Source: Candidatus Saccharimonadales bacterium
GTDB taxonomy: Bacteria > Patescibacteriota > Saccharimonadia > Saccharimonadales > 2-12-FULL-41-12
Direction of reading: 5' to 3'
Assembly: GCA_035700225.1 (NCBI GenBank)
Contig: DASSOT010000003.1
Span: 111 to 64,110, forward strand
DNA: 64,000 nt
The first letter of the stretch is position 1; every line of letters starts with the position of its first letter. Below, piece after piece: positions 42,020-53,300 of the stretch. The position numbers and the translations under genes were made by a program. The notes under the pieces were generated by a model. It did not search any database. It was not told the DNA's origin and saw only the letters and a list, made by a program, of their open reading frames with translations.

Positions 42020-43947
42020 TGTTAGACTCCTATACAATTAGAAAAATAGTCCCGCGCCTGGCCCTGGCCGTAATCGGTGTGAACCTGTCCATATATCTCT
42101 GCCTGGCGGCGGTTGACGTCACAAATATCATCGGAGGCGGTTTGGGCGACCTTATACGCACGCCCTTCGTGGACAGCGGCAGTTTCGGCAGTATCGGTAT
42201 AGAGAAAAACGCGCTCAATGGCATCGTCGGTGCCGTCGGGGCCGGGTTGATGGCGGCCATAGTTACTGCCGTCGTAGCGCTGGGGTTGACAGCTTCATTC
42301 ATAATAGTCGGCCTCGGTATGTTGCTTTTGGCCAGTGCTGTCGTCGTACTTGTCGCGATAGCTGTTCTGGCCACGCTCGTACTCAGATACGGTGCGATAA
42401 TCTTCCTAAGCATAGTTTCACCGATAGCCATCGCTTGCCTGGTCCTGCCGGGAACAGAAAAATACTTTAAGACCTGGTGGGATTTTTACCTTAAAACGCT
42501 GATTGTCTATCCTATCATCGCGGCTATATTCGCCATCTCCGATGTCTTGGGGGCAATATTCTTAAGCACCCAGGCCTCCGTAAATAACCTGAGCAGTCTG
42601 GTTTCCATATTCGTCGTGCTGGCGGCCATGTACGCGCCTCTTTTCATGATTCCGTTTTCATTCAAGATGGCCGGCGGGTTCCTGGGCAACTTCTACGACT
42701 TCCTTAACACACAAGGGGTCAACCGGGTGCGCGAAAAGCTCAACAAATGGAAAGAAGACCCGGAAAGCTGGTACGCCCAGAACAAGCAACGCCTGCATGA
42801 CCAAAAATATGAAAAAGGTTTCACGGCCAAGCAGATAGCCAGCGGTACGATAGCCGGTGGAAGAAGCTTCATGAGAGGCCAGGGGTTTAGAGCCGCTTAC
42901 GGCGGTAAGTCCAGGGCACTCGGCGCGCAGAAGATACTCGCCGCCGCTAAACAGGCTCAGGAGCGCGAAATCATGGCAACAATCCAGGGCGATGACGATA
43001 TCGGTGAAGCCCTTTATGCAGGTGGTAGCCGGCAGGAAATAGCCAATGCTTTAATGAAGGCGAACTCAACCCGCTTCGGCGACATAAATGACCCTTCCAA
43101 GCATACTGCCGAGCAGTTGAGAGAGCGCGAGGAAGCCATAGCGCTGGTGCAAAGCGCTCAGGGCATGATGGGCAACAGCGTACGAAAGTTTGTTGCCGGA
43201 CACGAAATAGCAAGCTCTACCACCGGCTTCAACAAGGCCGGCGGCGTAGAGCTATTCCAAAAAGCCCAAGGCGTGGGCGATTCCGAAATGCTCAGGATGC
43301 GCTCGATGATAGACATGAAAGGCGAGCAGAAGAAGTTAAACCGTCTGGATTCCGGCGGGTACAGTACATCCAAGGCTCTTAACCTGAGGAAAGAATACGC
43401 CGCCGGTACCGGCGACTTTGCCGGTCTTAACCAGGCGCAAAGGGACACTTTACTGGAAGAGAAACTGCTTGATTCCGCTATCGAAAAGAACAGCCCGTCG
43501 GCGCTGGCCACCATGGACCACAATGGTATGAAGCGCGTGTCCCAGCGTATAGGCCATAGGCTTAACCAAGCCCGCATGATCGAGGATCCTGAAGAGCGCG
43601 CCAAAGCAATCGAGCTGGAAACTGCCCATTTAGCCGCCTTGCGCGATGCACTTAACTACGCCTCCAACGAAAACCGCACTGACTTGGTAGACGATGTTTA
43701 CTCCACTTCTGTCGAAGGAATGTCTATACAAGTCAAGAAAAGGGACGAGCTTGGTAATGTCATGAAGGATGCAGAGGGCAATGAAATTATGGAAACCAGA
43801 GCGCCGAACGTAAGAGAGCTTGTACAGTTAATGGATTCTGGCAAAGGTCTATTTAGCACCTATGATGACGCCCACAGGGGCTATGGTTCTAGTGAATTGG
43901 ATGAGCGGCACAGGATGGACGATATTATGCGACCTCCGGGTGGATAA
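42019..43947 (+). CDS. VirB6/TrbL-like polytopic T4SS channel protein with long C-terminal soluble extension
   Basis: About 6 TM helices in the first 230 aa, then a 400-aa hydrophilic domain. Start ATG overlaps the upstream stop (TAATG). Topology and position match VirB6-like proteins of Gram-positive T4SS. Confidence 0.5.
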   Translation: MLDSYTIRKIVPRLALAVIGVNLSIYLCLAAVDVTNIIGGGLGDLIRTPFVDSGSFGSIGIEKNALNGIVGAVGAGLMAAIVTAVVALGLTASFIIVGLGMLLLASAVVVLVAIAVLATLVLRYGAIIFLSIVSPIAIACLVLPGTEKYFKTWWDFYLKTLIVYPIIAAIFAISDVLGAIFLSTQASVNNLSSLVSIFVVLAAMYAPLFMIPFSFKMAGGFLGNFYDFLNTQGVNRVREKLNKWKEDPESWYAQNKQRLHDQKYEKGFTAKQIASGTIAGGRSFMRGQGFRAAYGGKSRALGAQKILAAAKQAQEREIMATIQGDDDIGEALYAGGSRQEIANALMKANSTRFGDINDPSKHTAEQLREREEAIALVQSAQGMMGNSVRKFVAGHEIASSTTGFNKAGGVELFQKAQGVGDSEMLRMRSMIDMKGEQKKLNRLDSGGYSTSKALNLRKEYAAGTGDFAGLNQAQRDTLLEEKLLDSAIEKNSPSALATMDHNGMKRVSQRIGHRLNQARMIEDPEERAKAIELETAHLAALRDALNYASNENRTDLVDDVYSTSVEGMSIQVKKRDELGNVMKDAEGNEIMETRAPNVRELVQLMDSGKGLFSTYDDAHRGYGSSELDERHRMDDIMRPPGG

Positions 43948-43995
43948 GACATATCCTTATTTGACAAAATAACAAAAATATAAAATTATAACAAT

Positions 43996-46464
43996 ATGAC
44001 CGAAGCACTAAAAGACAGAGCAGTAGACGCCGCCACAGATTACGTAGTCGACAGGCCTGTCACGGGAGGTTCGGACGGTTATGCGCATCACCACCATGGG
44101 CCTCAGCCTTTGGATTGGCCGGTTGAAACTCCAGCCGACGTATATGACGATAGGGAACCTTTGGGTGATGAATTTGAAGTTCCCAGTTCGGTGTCCGGGG
44201 GCGAGGTTGGCAGATATGCCGAAGAGTCGCAACAGGGCGGGATAGTCAGAAAATCACTCGGAAAGGTCGCTACGCGCTTCTTAAAGCGCGGCGAAGGTTA
44301 TGAAAAGCTGGCCAAGGCCAGACGCGACATACCGGGCGCATTGCACCAGCACGAAGGCGCAGACGCCGCCCCGCCGATTGATGCGCCGCCGCGGGACTAT
44401 AGGCGATGGGAAAGGGCGCGACGAAAGGATGCAAAAAATACCTTGCGTCATAACGACATCATCCAGGACCGACATGTCCTAATTGATCGAAGCCACTCTA
44501 CGCAAGGGTTGCGTTCGGGCAAGATGGTCCGAAACCGCATAACATGGCAAAAACGACAGAACGCCCTAGCGGAAGCGGCCAGTCAAGAGCCTAGCTATGG
44601 CTTTATATTTACGAAAGACGGAAGAAAAGTACCCACCATTTTTACCCCAACCTACCAGGAGCCTTTACTCGATCAGGACGACCATCTGCCCAAAGAAGAA
44701 CAGGCACGCATAGCGGCAGAAAACAAAAGGATAAAAGCAGAGAATAAGGCACGTCTTAAGACAACAGCTGGCAGACACGAAAAGCTGGGGAAGCTGGTAA
44801 AGGGTCTCGACCCTGACAAACCTATTGACGTTAATAATCCTCTGGATGTAAGAAGCGTACCGATTAACAATGAAGCCGCGACCCTGACTTCTGATGAAGC
44901 CGCAGAAGTTGAAACCGTAATGATGAACAGTGTTAATCCCGACCTAAAAAGGCAAGTAGATGCCGGCGTCCTCACTCGCGCAGAGGCAAAAAAGAAAGCT
45001 TCAGAAATAAGGGGCGTGATTGAAAACAGGCTACTAGTTACACGCTCTATGAAGCCTGATATCGAAAAAAAGGTTAAAAAAGAAGTTGATGACGACATAC
45101 GCGCGGGGACGGTAGCACCGGCAGACGCGGAAAAAGAAGTCAAAAAAAGAACCAACAAAGCAATCAAACAGGAACTGAGGCAAAGCCGCAGGAAAAAGAC
45201 AAAAGCTGGAAAGAAAATAAGGGACGACCGCGAGAAAGTCGAACAAATCAAATACTGGATGGGCCGGGCCGCCGAAGACTATGAAGAAACAAGCAATCCG
45301 AGCCCTATACCGGACCTGGACAACCCGGACCAGGCGATTGACCGCATAAATAACCGTACGCCTAACTGGGGCGGCAACCGGGCTAATGAAGCCAAGCAAC
45401 TGCGCAAATGGATGCGCTTGAACCGGGAATCACATCGCATACGCGAAAGACAGGAAGCCGTTTCCGAAGGCAGGGATTGGACCGGGCGCAGGTTCAAAAG
45501 GCAGTCAAAACGAAGGCGCAACGCCGCCAGCAAGATAGTCGGCGCCCAGAAAAACAGCGCCAGGGCCAGGACCAGGATAGGCGAAACCAGTGAGCAGGTA
45601 AAAGACAAAGCCCGATACAAGGCCCAGAGAGCTTCCATAAAAGCGCTGGGCAAAGCAACTGAAGCCTCCAGAAAAGTGCGCGGCAAGTTCGGCGAAATGG
45701 CCCACAAGATACACATGCGCGATTATGACAATACCAAGCTAAGCAAAAAGGCCGAGGAATTACGCACTCGTAGTTACAGGGATGCGCGACTGAAGGTACG
45801 CGCCGACAACCTATGGCTGAAAGACTATGGCGACACCCGCCTTGCTAGGCTAGGCCGTAAAAAGCCGAAGCTTCAGAAAGTCGCGGACAAACAACGGCAG
45901 TTCGGCGAGTTTCGAGCCAAGAAACTGGACAAGCTGGCTGACAGGCAGGAGCAGTTCGGCAGGTTCCGCGGCAAACAGGTCAAAAAAGCCGCTAAAGGCC
46001 AGGAAAAATTTGCAGACTATAGGCGCAAGAAATACAGGGGCGGCGCCATAAAGGCCGGCGAAGTAGCCGCTGAGTTTGACGCGCGCCGGCAACAGACCAA
46101 AACCCGAAAGAAAATAGCCGACAGAATCAGCAGAAGACGGGCGGTAGAAAGACGCGAGCGCCGACAGGGCGATGCCCACGATCAAGAATTCAGGGTAAGG
46201 GATAGAAGAAACCGTAACAAGGGCCATATAGACAAGATGGCTACCGACCAGAAGAAACTCAGGGAAGGTTTCGTCAAAGGATTCCCCGCCGACCGGGTTG
46301 AAGCTTTTGACGAACAGGTTGAGCGCCTGCGAGAGAGGATGGTTCAGGACTTTCAAGATACCCGCGGTAGAGACCCCTATCCGACTGAAGGCGCCCGTCT
46401 GCTTTATAGGGCTACGCAAGGAGCCATCCGGGCTACACGCGCTAGCGGTTCCACCGGCCCTTAG
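43996..46464 (+). CDS. 822-aa highly basic (K/R/E-rich), low-complexity cytoplasmic protein of unknown function
   Basis: No TM, no NTPase motifs. The C-terminal 500 aa are periodic K/R-rich helical repeats (RKKxx, RxxRR). Embedded between VirB6-like and VirB3/VirB4-like genes. Confidence 0.4.
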   Translation: MTEALKDRAVDAATDYVVDRPVTGGSDGYAHHHHGPQPLDWPVETPADVYDDREPLGDEFEVPSSVSGGEVGRYAEESQQGGIVRKSLGKVATRFLKRGEGYEKLAKARRDIPGALHQHEGADAAPPIDAPPRDYRRWERARRKDAKNTLRHNDIIQDRHVLIDRSHSTQGLRSGKMVRNRITWQKRQNALAEAASQEPSYGFIFTKDGRKVPTIFTPTYQEPLLDQDDHLPKEEQARIAAENKRIKAENKARLKTTAGRHEKLGKLVKGLDPDKPIDVNNPLDVRSVPINNEAATLTSDEAAEVETVMMNSVNPDLKRQVDAGVLTRAEAKKKASEIRGVIENRLLVTRSMKPDIEKKVKKEVDDDIRAGTVAPADAEKEVKKRTNKAIKQELRQSRRKKTKAGKKIRDDREKVEQIKYWMGRAAEDYEETSNPSPIPDLDNPDQAIDRINNRTPNWGGNRANEAKQLRKWMRLNRESHRIRERQEAVSEGRDWTGRRFKRQSKRRRNAASKIVGAQKNSARARTRIGETSEQVKDKARYKAQRASIKALGKATEASRKVRGKFGEMAHKIHMRDYDNTKLSKKAEELRTRSYRDARLKVRADNLWLKDYGDTRLARLGRKKPKLQKVADKQRQFGEFRAKKLDKLADRQEQFGRFRGKQVKKAAKGQEKFADYRRKKYRGGAIKAGEVAAEFDARRQQTKTRKKIADRISRRRAVERRERRQGDAHDQEFRVRDRRNRNKGHIDKMATDQKKLREGFVKGFPADRVEAFDEQVERLRERMVQDFQDTRGRDPYPTEGARLLYRATQGAIRATRASGSTGP

Positions 46465-46521
46465 CCGTTTTTCCTGGTTGAGCTTGTTAAAATACTAATG
46501 GTAAACTGTTAAACAGTTCCT

Positions 46522-47526
46522 ATGGCAACATACAAAGTAATCCAGGACATAGAGGCCGAAGATAAGTTCGTAGGCCCGCTGACGCTGAAACAATTCGTTT
46601 TTGCTATGTTCGGCGCGCTTTTTGCATATCTGTCGTTCTTCGTACTTACCAAAGGCCTGGCATGGGGTCTAATAGCCACTATGCCGCCTTCTCTTTTCGG
46701 ATTTTTCATGGCCGTGCCGTGGAGTAGTGAACAACCTACGGATATATGGGTGCTGGCAAAGATACGTTTCAGACTGAAACCAAAAAAACGCATCTGGGAC
46801 CAAAGCGGCATGCAGGAGCTTGTGACCATAACCGCCCCCAAGAAGGAAGAAAAGCCCCTGACCAAAAATATGTCGCAGGCCGAAGTAAAAAGCCGGCTGA
46901 AGGCACTGGCCGAAACGATTGACAGTCGAGGCTGGATTATCAAGGATTCCCCGGATAGTTTCGTGGCCGAAGAAGCTAGCGACCGCTTGATAGACCCGGG
47001 CATAATGCCGAGGCAGGTGCCTGACGTTGATATGGCCGCCATACCGGATATGCTTGAGGAAGAGCACGGTCTGGACAGCATGATTCAGCAGAGCGATGAG
47101 GCCAGAAAAGCCCAACTTATGGAAAAGATGAACCGTATCAGGCAGGGCGAGTCCGTAATTGCCACCGAGGAGCCGGAGCCCGTCGTTTCCCCGCCTGACG
47201 AAAACACTGAAAACGCGCTTGATGAAGCGGTTTTGAGCGCCAGCCTGAGAGCAAAGAAGCAGGCCGGAGATATATCAAGAGGCAACATGCATGCCATACC
47301 GGCCAGCCAGCCAGTAGCGCAGACAAGCCAGCCTGCGGGACAGGATGAAGGTGCAGAGGAAGCGGAGCAAACAGAGGTAGAAAAAGCACAAGCGTCTGTG
47401 ACAGAACAGAGAAGGCCTGATATACTGGACTTAGCCCGGAACAACGATCTGAACGTATCAACTATTGCGAGGCAAGCCAGCAATAAAGACAAAGGTCCGG
47501 ATGAAGTCGTTATTGCCCTTCACTAG
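46522..47526 (+). CDS. PrgI/VirB3-like two-TM T4SS protein with acidic C-terminal extension
   Basis: N-terminus IQDIEAEDKFVGPLTLKQFVFAMFGALFAYLSFFVL...GLIATMPPSLFGFFMAV gives two TM helices. Position is immediately upstream of VirB4, as in Gram-positive conjugation systems (PrgI, ConD). Confidence 0.5.
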   Translation: MATYKVIQDIEAEDKFVGPLTLKQFVFAMFGALFAYLSFFVLTKGLAWGLIATMPPSLFGFFMAVPWSSEQPTDIWVLAKIRFRLKPKKRIWDQSGMQELVTITAPKKEEKPLTKNMSQAEVKSRLKALAETIDSRGWIIKDSPDSFVAEEASDRLIDPGIMPRQVPDVDMAAIPDMLEEEHGLDSMIQQSDEARKAQLMEKMNRIRQGESVIATEEPEPVVSPPDENTENALDEAVLSASLRAKKQAGDISRGNMHAIPASQPVAQTSQPAGQDEGAEEAEQTEVEKAQASVTEQRRPDILDLARNNDLNVSTIARQASNKDKGPDEVVIALH

Positions 47527-47571
47527 GCCGGCTTCGCTTGAAAGATCAAAACATGAAAAGGGTGGAAAAGG

Positions 47572-48444
47572 ATGAATCCTTCCCAGCAAAATGCTAACGC
47601 TCAACCGAATATAAATTTACAGACACCCCAGCATTCAGGCGCTGAGGTTGTGCAGAATGCCCAGCCCGCGAACCCCGCCCAGCCCGCAGGACAGATTCCG
47701 GCAAAACCGGCAGTAAATACCAACAGCACCCAGAACAACCTTCAGATAGCCGAGATACGCGACGGTATAGTTATCATGAACGACGGTTCTTTCCGTTCCG
47801 TGGTCATGTTCAAGTCCATCAACTTTGATCTTATGAGCCCCGACGAGCGCGAAGGGGTCGAATATGCATACCAAAGCTTCTTGAACTCGCTTTATTTTCC
47901 TATACAGATATTCGTCCGTTCCGAAAAAGTCGACATGAGGCCGTACATGGAAAGATTACAGAAGATTCAGAACGAACATGACAACATGCTCCTGGCTATC
48001 CTGATGGACGATTACCTCGGTTATATAGAACAATTGTCGGCTCAGACCAACATAATGGACAAGCATTTCTATGTCGTCATACCCTTTTTGCCCAGCGAAT
48101 CCAAGGAACATACGCTTACATCCAGCAAAAATATATTGGATGGAGTGATAGGGCTTTTCAGCAAATCTCCGACACATGTGGTCATCAACGAAGCCAAGCT
48201 GGAAGAAGCCAAGACTGAACTGCGCAACCGAGTCCAGGCTGTGTTGAGCGGTCTGCTTGACTGCGGAGTTCAGGGCTTGCCGCTGGACACGGAAGAGCTT
48301 ATCGAGCTTTATTACGACACCTATAACCCCGACACGGCCACCAGACAACATCTGCAAAGGTTCAAGGATCTTTCTGCGCCGGTAGTAACCAAGGGCGAAG
48401 GGCAGGCGCCACAGCCCGACCTGGATAAGGAGCTCGAAACGTAG
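47572..48444 (+). CDS. VirB4 N-terminal domain encoded as a separate ORF
   Basis: IRDGIVIMNDGSFRSVVMFKSINFDLMSPDEREGVEYAYQSFLNSLYFPIQIFVRSEKVD matches the conserved N-terminal domain pattern of VirB4/TrbE/ConE. Its stop overlaps the next ORF start (TAGTG). Confidence 0.6.
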   Translation: MNPSQQNANAQPNINLQTPQHSGAEVVQNAQPANPAQPAGQIPAKPAVNTNSTQNNLQIAEIRDGIVIMNDGSFRSVVMFKSINFDLMSPDEREGVEYAYQSFLNSLYFPIQIFVRSEKVDMRPYMERLQKIQNEHDNMLLAILMDDYLGYIEQLSAQTNIMDKHFYVVIPFLPSESKEHTLTSSKNILDGVIGLFSKSPTHVVINEAKLEEAKTELRNRVQAVLSGLLDCGVQGLPLDTEELIELYYDTYNPDTATRQHLQRFKDLSAPVVTKGEGQAPQPDLDKELET

Positions 48445-50357
48445 TGGGTATTTTTAAGAAAAAACAGACCGTCCCCTTGGATCCTGCCACAGCGGCGCAG
48501 GCGCAGAAAATGCGCGAAGAACAAGAGGTAGCCGCCGCCTTTCAAAAGGGCATAACGGCACTGCGCGATTTTATTGCTCCCAGCTCCATAGAGTACAGCG
48601 CTACGAGCTTTACCCTAGGCACCCGCTACGCCAGGAACTACTACGTATACGGTTACCCCCGACAGCTCTCGACCGGCTGGCTCAGCAGTATGGTAAATCT
48701 GGACGAGGTAATCGACCTTTCTTTGTACATTTATCCCGTGGAAAGCCAGGTAGTTCTGGAAAACCTGCGCAAAAAAGTGGCCCAGCTGGAAGCAGGCATA
48801 CAGATAGATATGGAAAAGGGCCGCGTGCGCGACCCGGGCAAGCAGAACGCCATCATGGATGCCGAAGAAATGCGCGACAAACTGCAGGTGGGCGAGGAGC
48901 GCTTTTTCCGCTTTGGGCTGTACTTTACCGTATACGGCTCGTCCATGGACGAGTTGGAATTTATATCACATAAGATTGAGTCCATTTTGGGGCAACAACT
49001 GGTCTATTCCAAACCCGCAAGCTCACAGCAGGAACAAGGCTTCAACAGCACAATCCCGCAATTTTTCGACCAGCTACAGATACGCAGGAACATGAACACC
49101 GGCGCAATAAGCACCAGCTTTCCGTTCACCAGTGCCGACTTAAGCCAGGAAGACGGAATCCTATACGGCATCAATATGCACAATTCCGGCCTGGTCATAT
49201 TTGACAGATTTACCCTGGAAAACGGCAATGCGGTAGTCTTTGCAAAGTCAGGCGCCGGCAAAAGCTTCGCCGTAAAGCTCGAGGCACTGCGTAGCTTGAT
49301 GCTCGGCACGGAAGTGTTCATAGTCGACCCGGAAAACGAATACCAGAGGATGTGCGAGGCTGTCGGCGGAGCTTATGTACGGCTCAGCCTGAACTCGGCT
49401 ACCCGCATAAATCCTTTTGATTTGCCGAAAGTGGTGGACTCCGATGAAGCCGACAGCGCACTTAGAAGCAATCTTATAACCCTTCACGGCCTGCTCAGGC
49501 TTATGATGGGCGGAGCGGCCTCTCAGGCCAGCGGCGGCGCCGTCGACGCGGTCCTGAACGCTTCGGAAGAAGCCGACCTGGATGCGGCACTGATAGAAAC
49601 CTACGCCAAAGCCGGTATCACCAACGACCCTCTCACGCACAACTCCGCTCCTCCTACCATTACAGATCTTTATGACACCTTGCTCCATATGGGCGGGAGC
49701 GGCCCTGAGCTGGCGCAAAGACTGCGTAAATACACATCGGGTACTTTTGCCGGCATATTCTCCCAACAGAGCAACATAAACATCGACAACCCGATGGTCG
49801 TATTCAATATCCGCGACCTGGAAGACGAACTGCGCCCGGTAGCCATGTACATAGTGCTTAATTACATCTGGAACAAGACCAAGAGTGACCAGAAACGTCG
49901 CCTGCTGGTGATAGACGAAGCATGGCAATTGATGAAATACGAGGACAGCGCCAGCTTTATGTTCTCTCTGGCTAAAAGAGCTCGAAAATACAATCTCGGT
50001 ATATCGACCATATCCCAGGACGTTGAAGATTTCATGGGTTCCCGCCTGGGGCGCGCCATAGTCGCCAACTCCTCTATGCAATTATTGCTCAAACAGTCGC
50101 CTTCGGCGGTTGACGTACTGGCAGATGTCTTCAAGCTCACCAGCGAAGAAAGAAAACGCCTGAGCGGCTTTCCGGTCGGCCAGGGCCTGTTTTTCGCCGG
50201 GCAGAACCATGTGCACATAAATATCCTGGCCAGTCCGACGGAACAGGGGCTTATCACTACCAATCCGGATGAGATTAAGCAGTTGGAACAGGCAGGCGAA
50301 CTGGCCGACGCGCAGGGAACCATTGATCTGGAGAACCGCTTGAGCCCGGGAATGTGA
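48444..50357 (+). CDS. VirB4-family T4SS ATPase (C-terminal NTPase module)
   Basis: Walker A VVFAKSGAGKSFAV; Walker B RRLLVIDEAWQLM; AAA-like and VirB4-CagE motifs (GISTISQDVEDF). GTG start at 48444. Confidence 0.8.
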   Translation: MGIFKKKQTVPLDPATAAQAQKMREEQEVAAAFQKGITALRDFIAPSSIEYSATSFTLGTRYARNYYVYGYPRQLSTGWLSSMVNLDEVIDLSLYIYPVESQVVLENLRKKVAQLEAGIQIDMEKGRVRDPGKQNAIMDAEEMRDKLQVGEERFFRFGLYFTVYGSSMDELEFISHKIESILGQQLVYSKPASSQQEQGFNSTIPQFFDQLQIRRNMNTGAISTSFPFTSADLSQEDGILYGINMHNSGLVIFDRFTLENGNAVVFAKSGAGKSFAVKLEALRSLMLGTEVFIVDPENEYQRMCEAVGGAYVRLSLNSATRINPFDLPKVVDSDEADSALRSNLITLHGLLRLMMGGAASQASGGAVDAVLNASEEADLDAALIETYAKAGITNDPLTHNSAPPTITDLYDTLLHMGGSGPELAQRLRKYTSGTFAGIFSQQSNINIDNPMVVFNIRDLEDELRPVAMYIVLNYIWNKTKSDQKRRLLVIDEAWQLMKYEDSASFMFSLAKRARKYNLGISTISQDVEDFMGSRLGRAIVANSSMQLLLKQSPSAVDVLADVFKLTSEERKRLSGFPVGQGLFFAGQNHVHINILASPTEQGLITTNPDEIKQLEQAGELADAQGTIDLENRLSPGM

Positions 50358-50385
50358 ACATTAGCAAAAACTGAAAGAACAAAAA

Positions 50386-53300
50386 ATGGCAGATGACCCC
50401 GCCGAAAAACCAGATGGAGTATACGACGAGCCCGGCGCGTCAGACCTGCAGGTACCTAGTGGGAGCGGCTATATGCCAAGGGGAGAAAAGCCGCGGCGCA
50501 CACCGCACGAACCGGTTTATGAAGATGATTCCGATGGCCAGGTAGCCCAAGCCGGTATGGGCCCTCCAGGGCAGGGCGGGGATGAACACGGCGGGCGCAG
50601 AAGACTGGGCTCCCCCAGCTGGGCCGACCGTATGCGCCAGCGCAGAAGCATGGCCAACCGGCGGCAAGGCCGGGGGCACGGTAGGAGCCGCGGCGACATC
50701 AACAACTCGGAAGAAAACGCCGAGGAACCGGCTCCAACCAGGGCTGACGACAAAGAAAGGTCGCAGGTCGGCGATGGTGGCGGCGAAGAAGACAAAGGCT
50801 CAAGCCTTTACAACCCTACAGATGCCGCTCTTCCGGCAAATGTCAGGATAGCCAAACAGCTGGCCAAGGCTTTCATGAGCAAAAAGGGCAGGAGAGGCAT
50901 GACCGCAGGCGGAGTCGTCGGGCTGGTATTCTTCCTTTTCAGCCTGGCGCACGGCCCGCTGGAAATAATCCACATAGGGATGCTGTTGCAAAAAGCCCAT
51001 TTCAGCAACCAGGAAGGCGTCGGCGACCTGACTATGAGCAGGCTTTACCGCTTCATCAGAAGTGGCGGCGATGTGGGCGAAACCCGCATAGGCTGGTACG
51101 AAAGCCGGGTGAAGAACAAAATGCTGGCAGATTTGAAGAAAATCGGCCTGGAGCCTGAATTCACAAGCGCCAGCAGTATTTATGAATCATTCAAGGTAGA
51201 CACTACCGACAGCAAAAGCCCTTATTACAACATGACTGAGGACGAACTAAGAACAGAGCTATCCAAAAAAGGCTACGATTTCGACGGTACGAGCGAAGTA
51301 TCCAAAGGAAAATACAGCGTAAAGCTGGGCAATGATTTTACAAGGAGAAAATCTCTCACGCTACTGGTCAAGGAAACCGGCAGGAAGGGCTTGTTCGCCT
51401 CTTTGAAGGCCCGTCCGTTAAAGAAATACGGCTGGGTGGATTGGCACCCTATACATCCTTTGGACCGCAAGGTCAACGACTCTATAGATAAGCTTTACAA
51501 GAATTGGAAGCAAAAGAGGGCTGAAAAAAGAGCCGGGCGGGGTAAGCCCGCGACCATCGACAGCACCAATGCCAAAGAACAGACGGTAGACGCCGACGGA
51601 AACACCGTAGATAATCCTATAGCCGATGGTAGCGTACAAACCGTGGACGACACGAGCAAAAGCGCCCAATTGATACAGGATCTGAAAACCAGTAGCGGGC
51701 TTAAGATTACCGGAGGCGTTGCCGCCGCGGCGGGTGTTGCCTGCGCGGTAAAGGAAATAAATGATAATTACAGCCTCATACAATACCTGGACTTCATCAA
51801 ACCCGTCATACAGATAGGTATGGACGCCGTTACCATCGCAAACCAGGCTATGAGCGGAGTGGGCGGTATAGACCTGTTGCAAGCTGGTTTTGTTGCACGC
51901 GATTTTCTGCAAAAAGACAAGGACACAGGCAAGGTCGTGTCCTCTTGGGATGAGGCAAAGACATTCCGTGCGGGAGAGGGCAAAAAAGGCGGTAAGGACC
52001 TGGACAAACGCACCAAGGAAGAGTTTTCAAAAGGGGCGCCCTGGTGGATAAACTGGACAGGCAAAGACCCGGCAAAAGGTGTGCTCAAGCCTTTGTGCTC
52101 AACAGCCGGAACAATTGCTACCGGCGCCATCAGCGTCGGGATTGATGTAATCACCGGCCACAGCGTTTCTACGCTCGCTAACCTTGTAGGGAGCTATTTT
52201 GCCGGACCGGTAATAATAGACAAGATTAGCCATCTCCTGGTCGGGGATGCGCTTGATTTGGACAATGTAGCCGGTGCAACATGGGGCAATCTGGCCAATT
52301 ACGGGACGCGTTTTGCGGCCAACGGCATGGCTCTTTTGGACGGCGGGGTGAAATTGACGCATTTGGATGAGATTGCCCTGAACAACGAACGCTTGCAGGA
52401 TGAACAGCAGGAATTCAACAACCGTAGTTTCGCATATAGAATGTTTAACCCCTACGACACTCGCTCTCTGGCATCCGCCGTCATAGACGATACGCCGGCC
52501 CTGTCGATGAACAACCTTTCCAGCGTATTCCAAAGCTTCCCGAGCCTGTTTTCGTCCGCCTTCAAGTTCCCCTCCGGCTTGTTATCCGGTACTGTTTCGG
52601 CACAACGCTTTACTGCCCCGCCCTATGACTATCCCTTTCCCTCCATAGGCTTCAGCATAGAAGATCGCGACAACAGCAAAGTGATAGACCCGATAGAAAA
52701 TGACCATAAGGTCGCCAAGATACTTGATAACAACGGAGAAGGCGGCAATCCGGACTACATAGAGCGCGCAAAGGAATGCTTCAACGTCGATATAAAGAAG
52801 GAAAGCGCTGGCGGATGGAACGCAACTCCCGGGGAGAATGACGACGAGTTCTTCAGCAAACTCTATACGGATGAATACCCCGACGGCTGTACTGACAAAA
52901 GCCTCGAGTGGATACGGGTAAGGAGTTTCATTCTGCAGGTACAGACCATGAAGGCCTACGCCTGTTGGGCGGATGACGAAGAAGCTTGTGCCGAGCTTGG
53001 CTACAACGATAGCTCTGTAACTGGCGGCGGCTCTCCGGGCGTTTTACCGAGCGGCTCCGCGCAGGCATTAGCTGGCCAGCTAATCGGTTTCATAAACAGC
53101 GGCAAGATTTCCTGCAACGGCCAGGCTAGCGACTGTCCTGATATCAAAAATACAGCCAACGGCACCAGCATAAAAGGCGGGGCCTGTAACGTCGATGCGC
53201 TGGACGCAAAGCTTTTGGGGATGATGCTGGAGCTCGCCCAGATGGGACATACGTTCGTGTTCTCGGCTCTTTGTACTGATCATCCCAGCAATCCGGCCAG

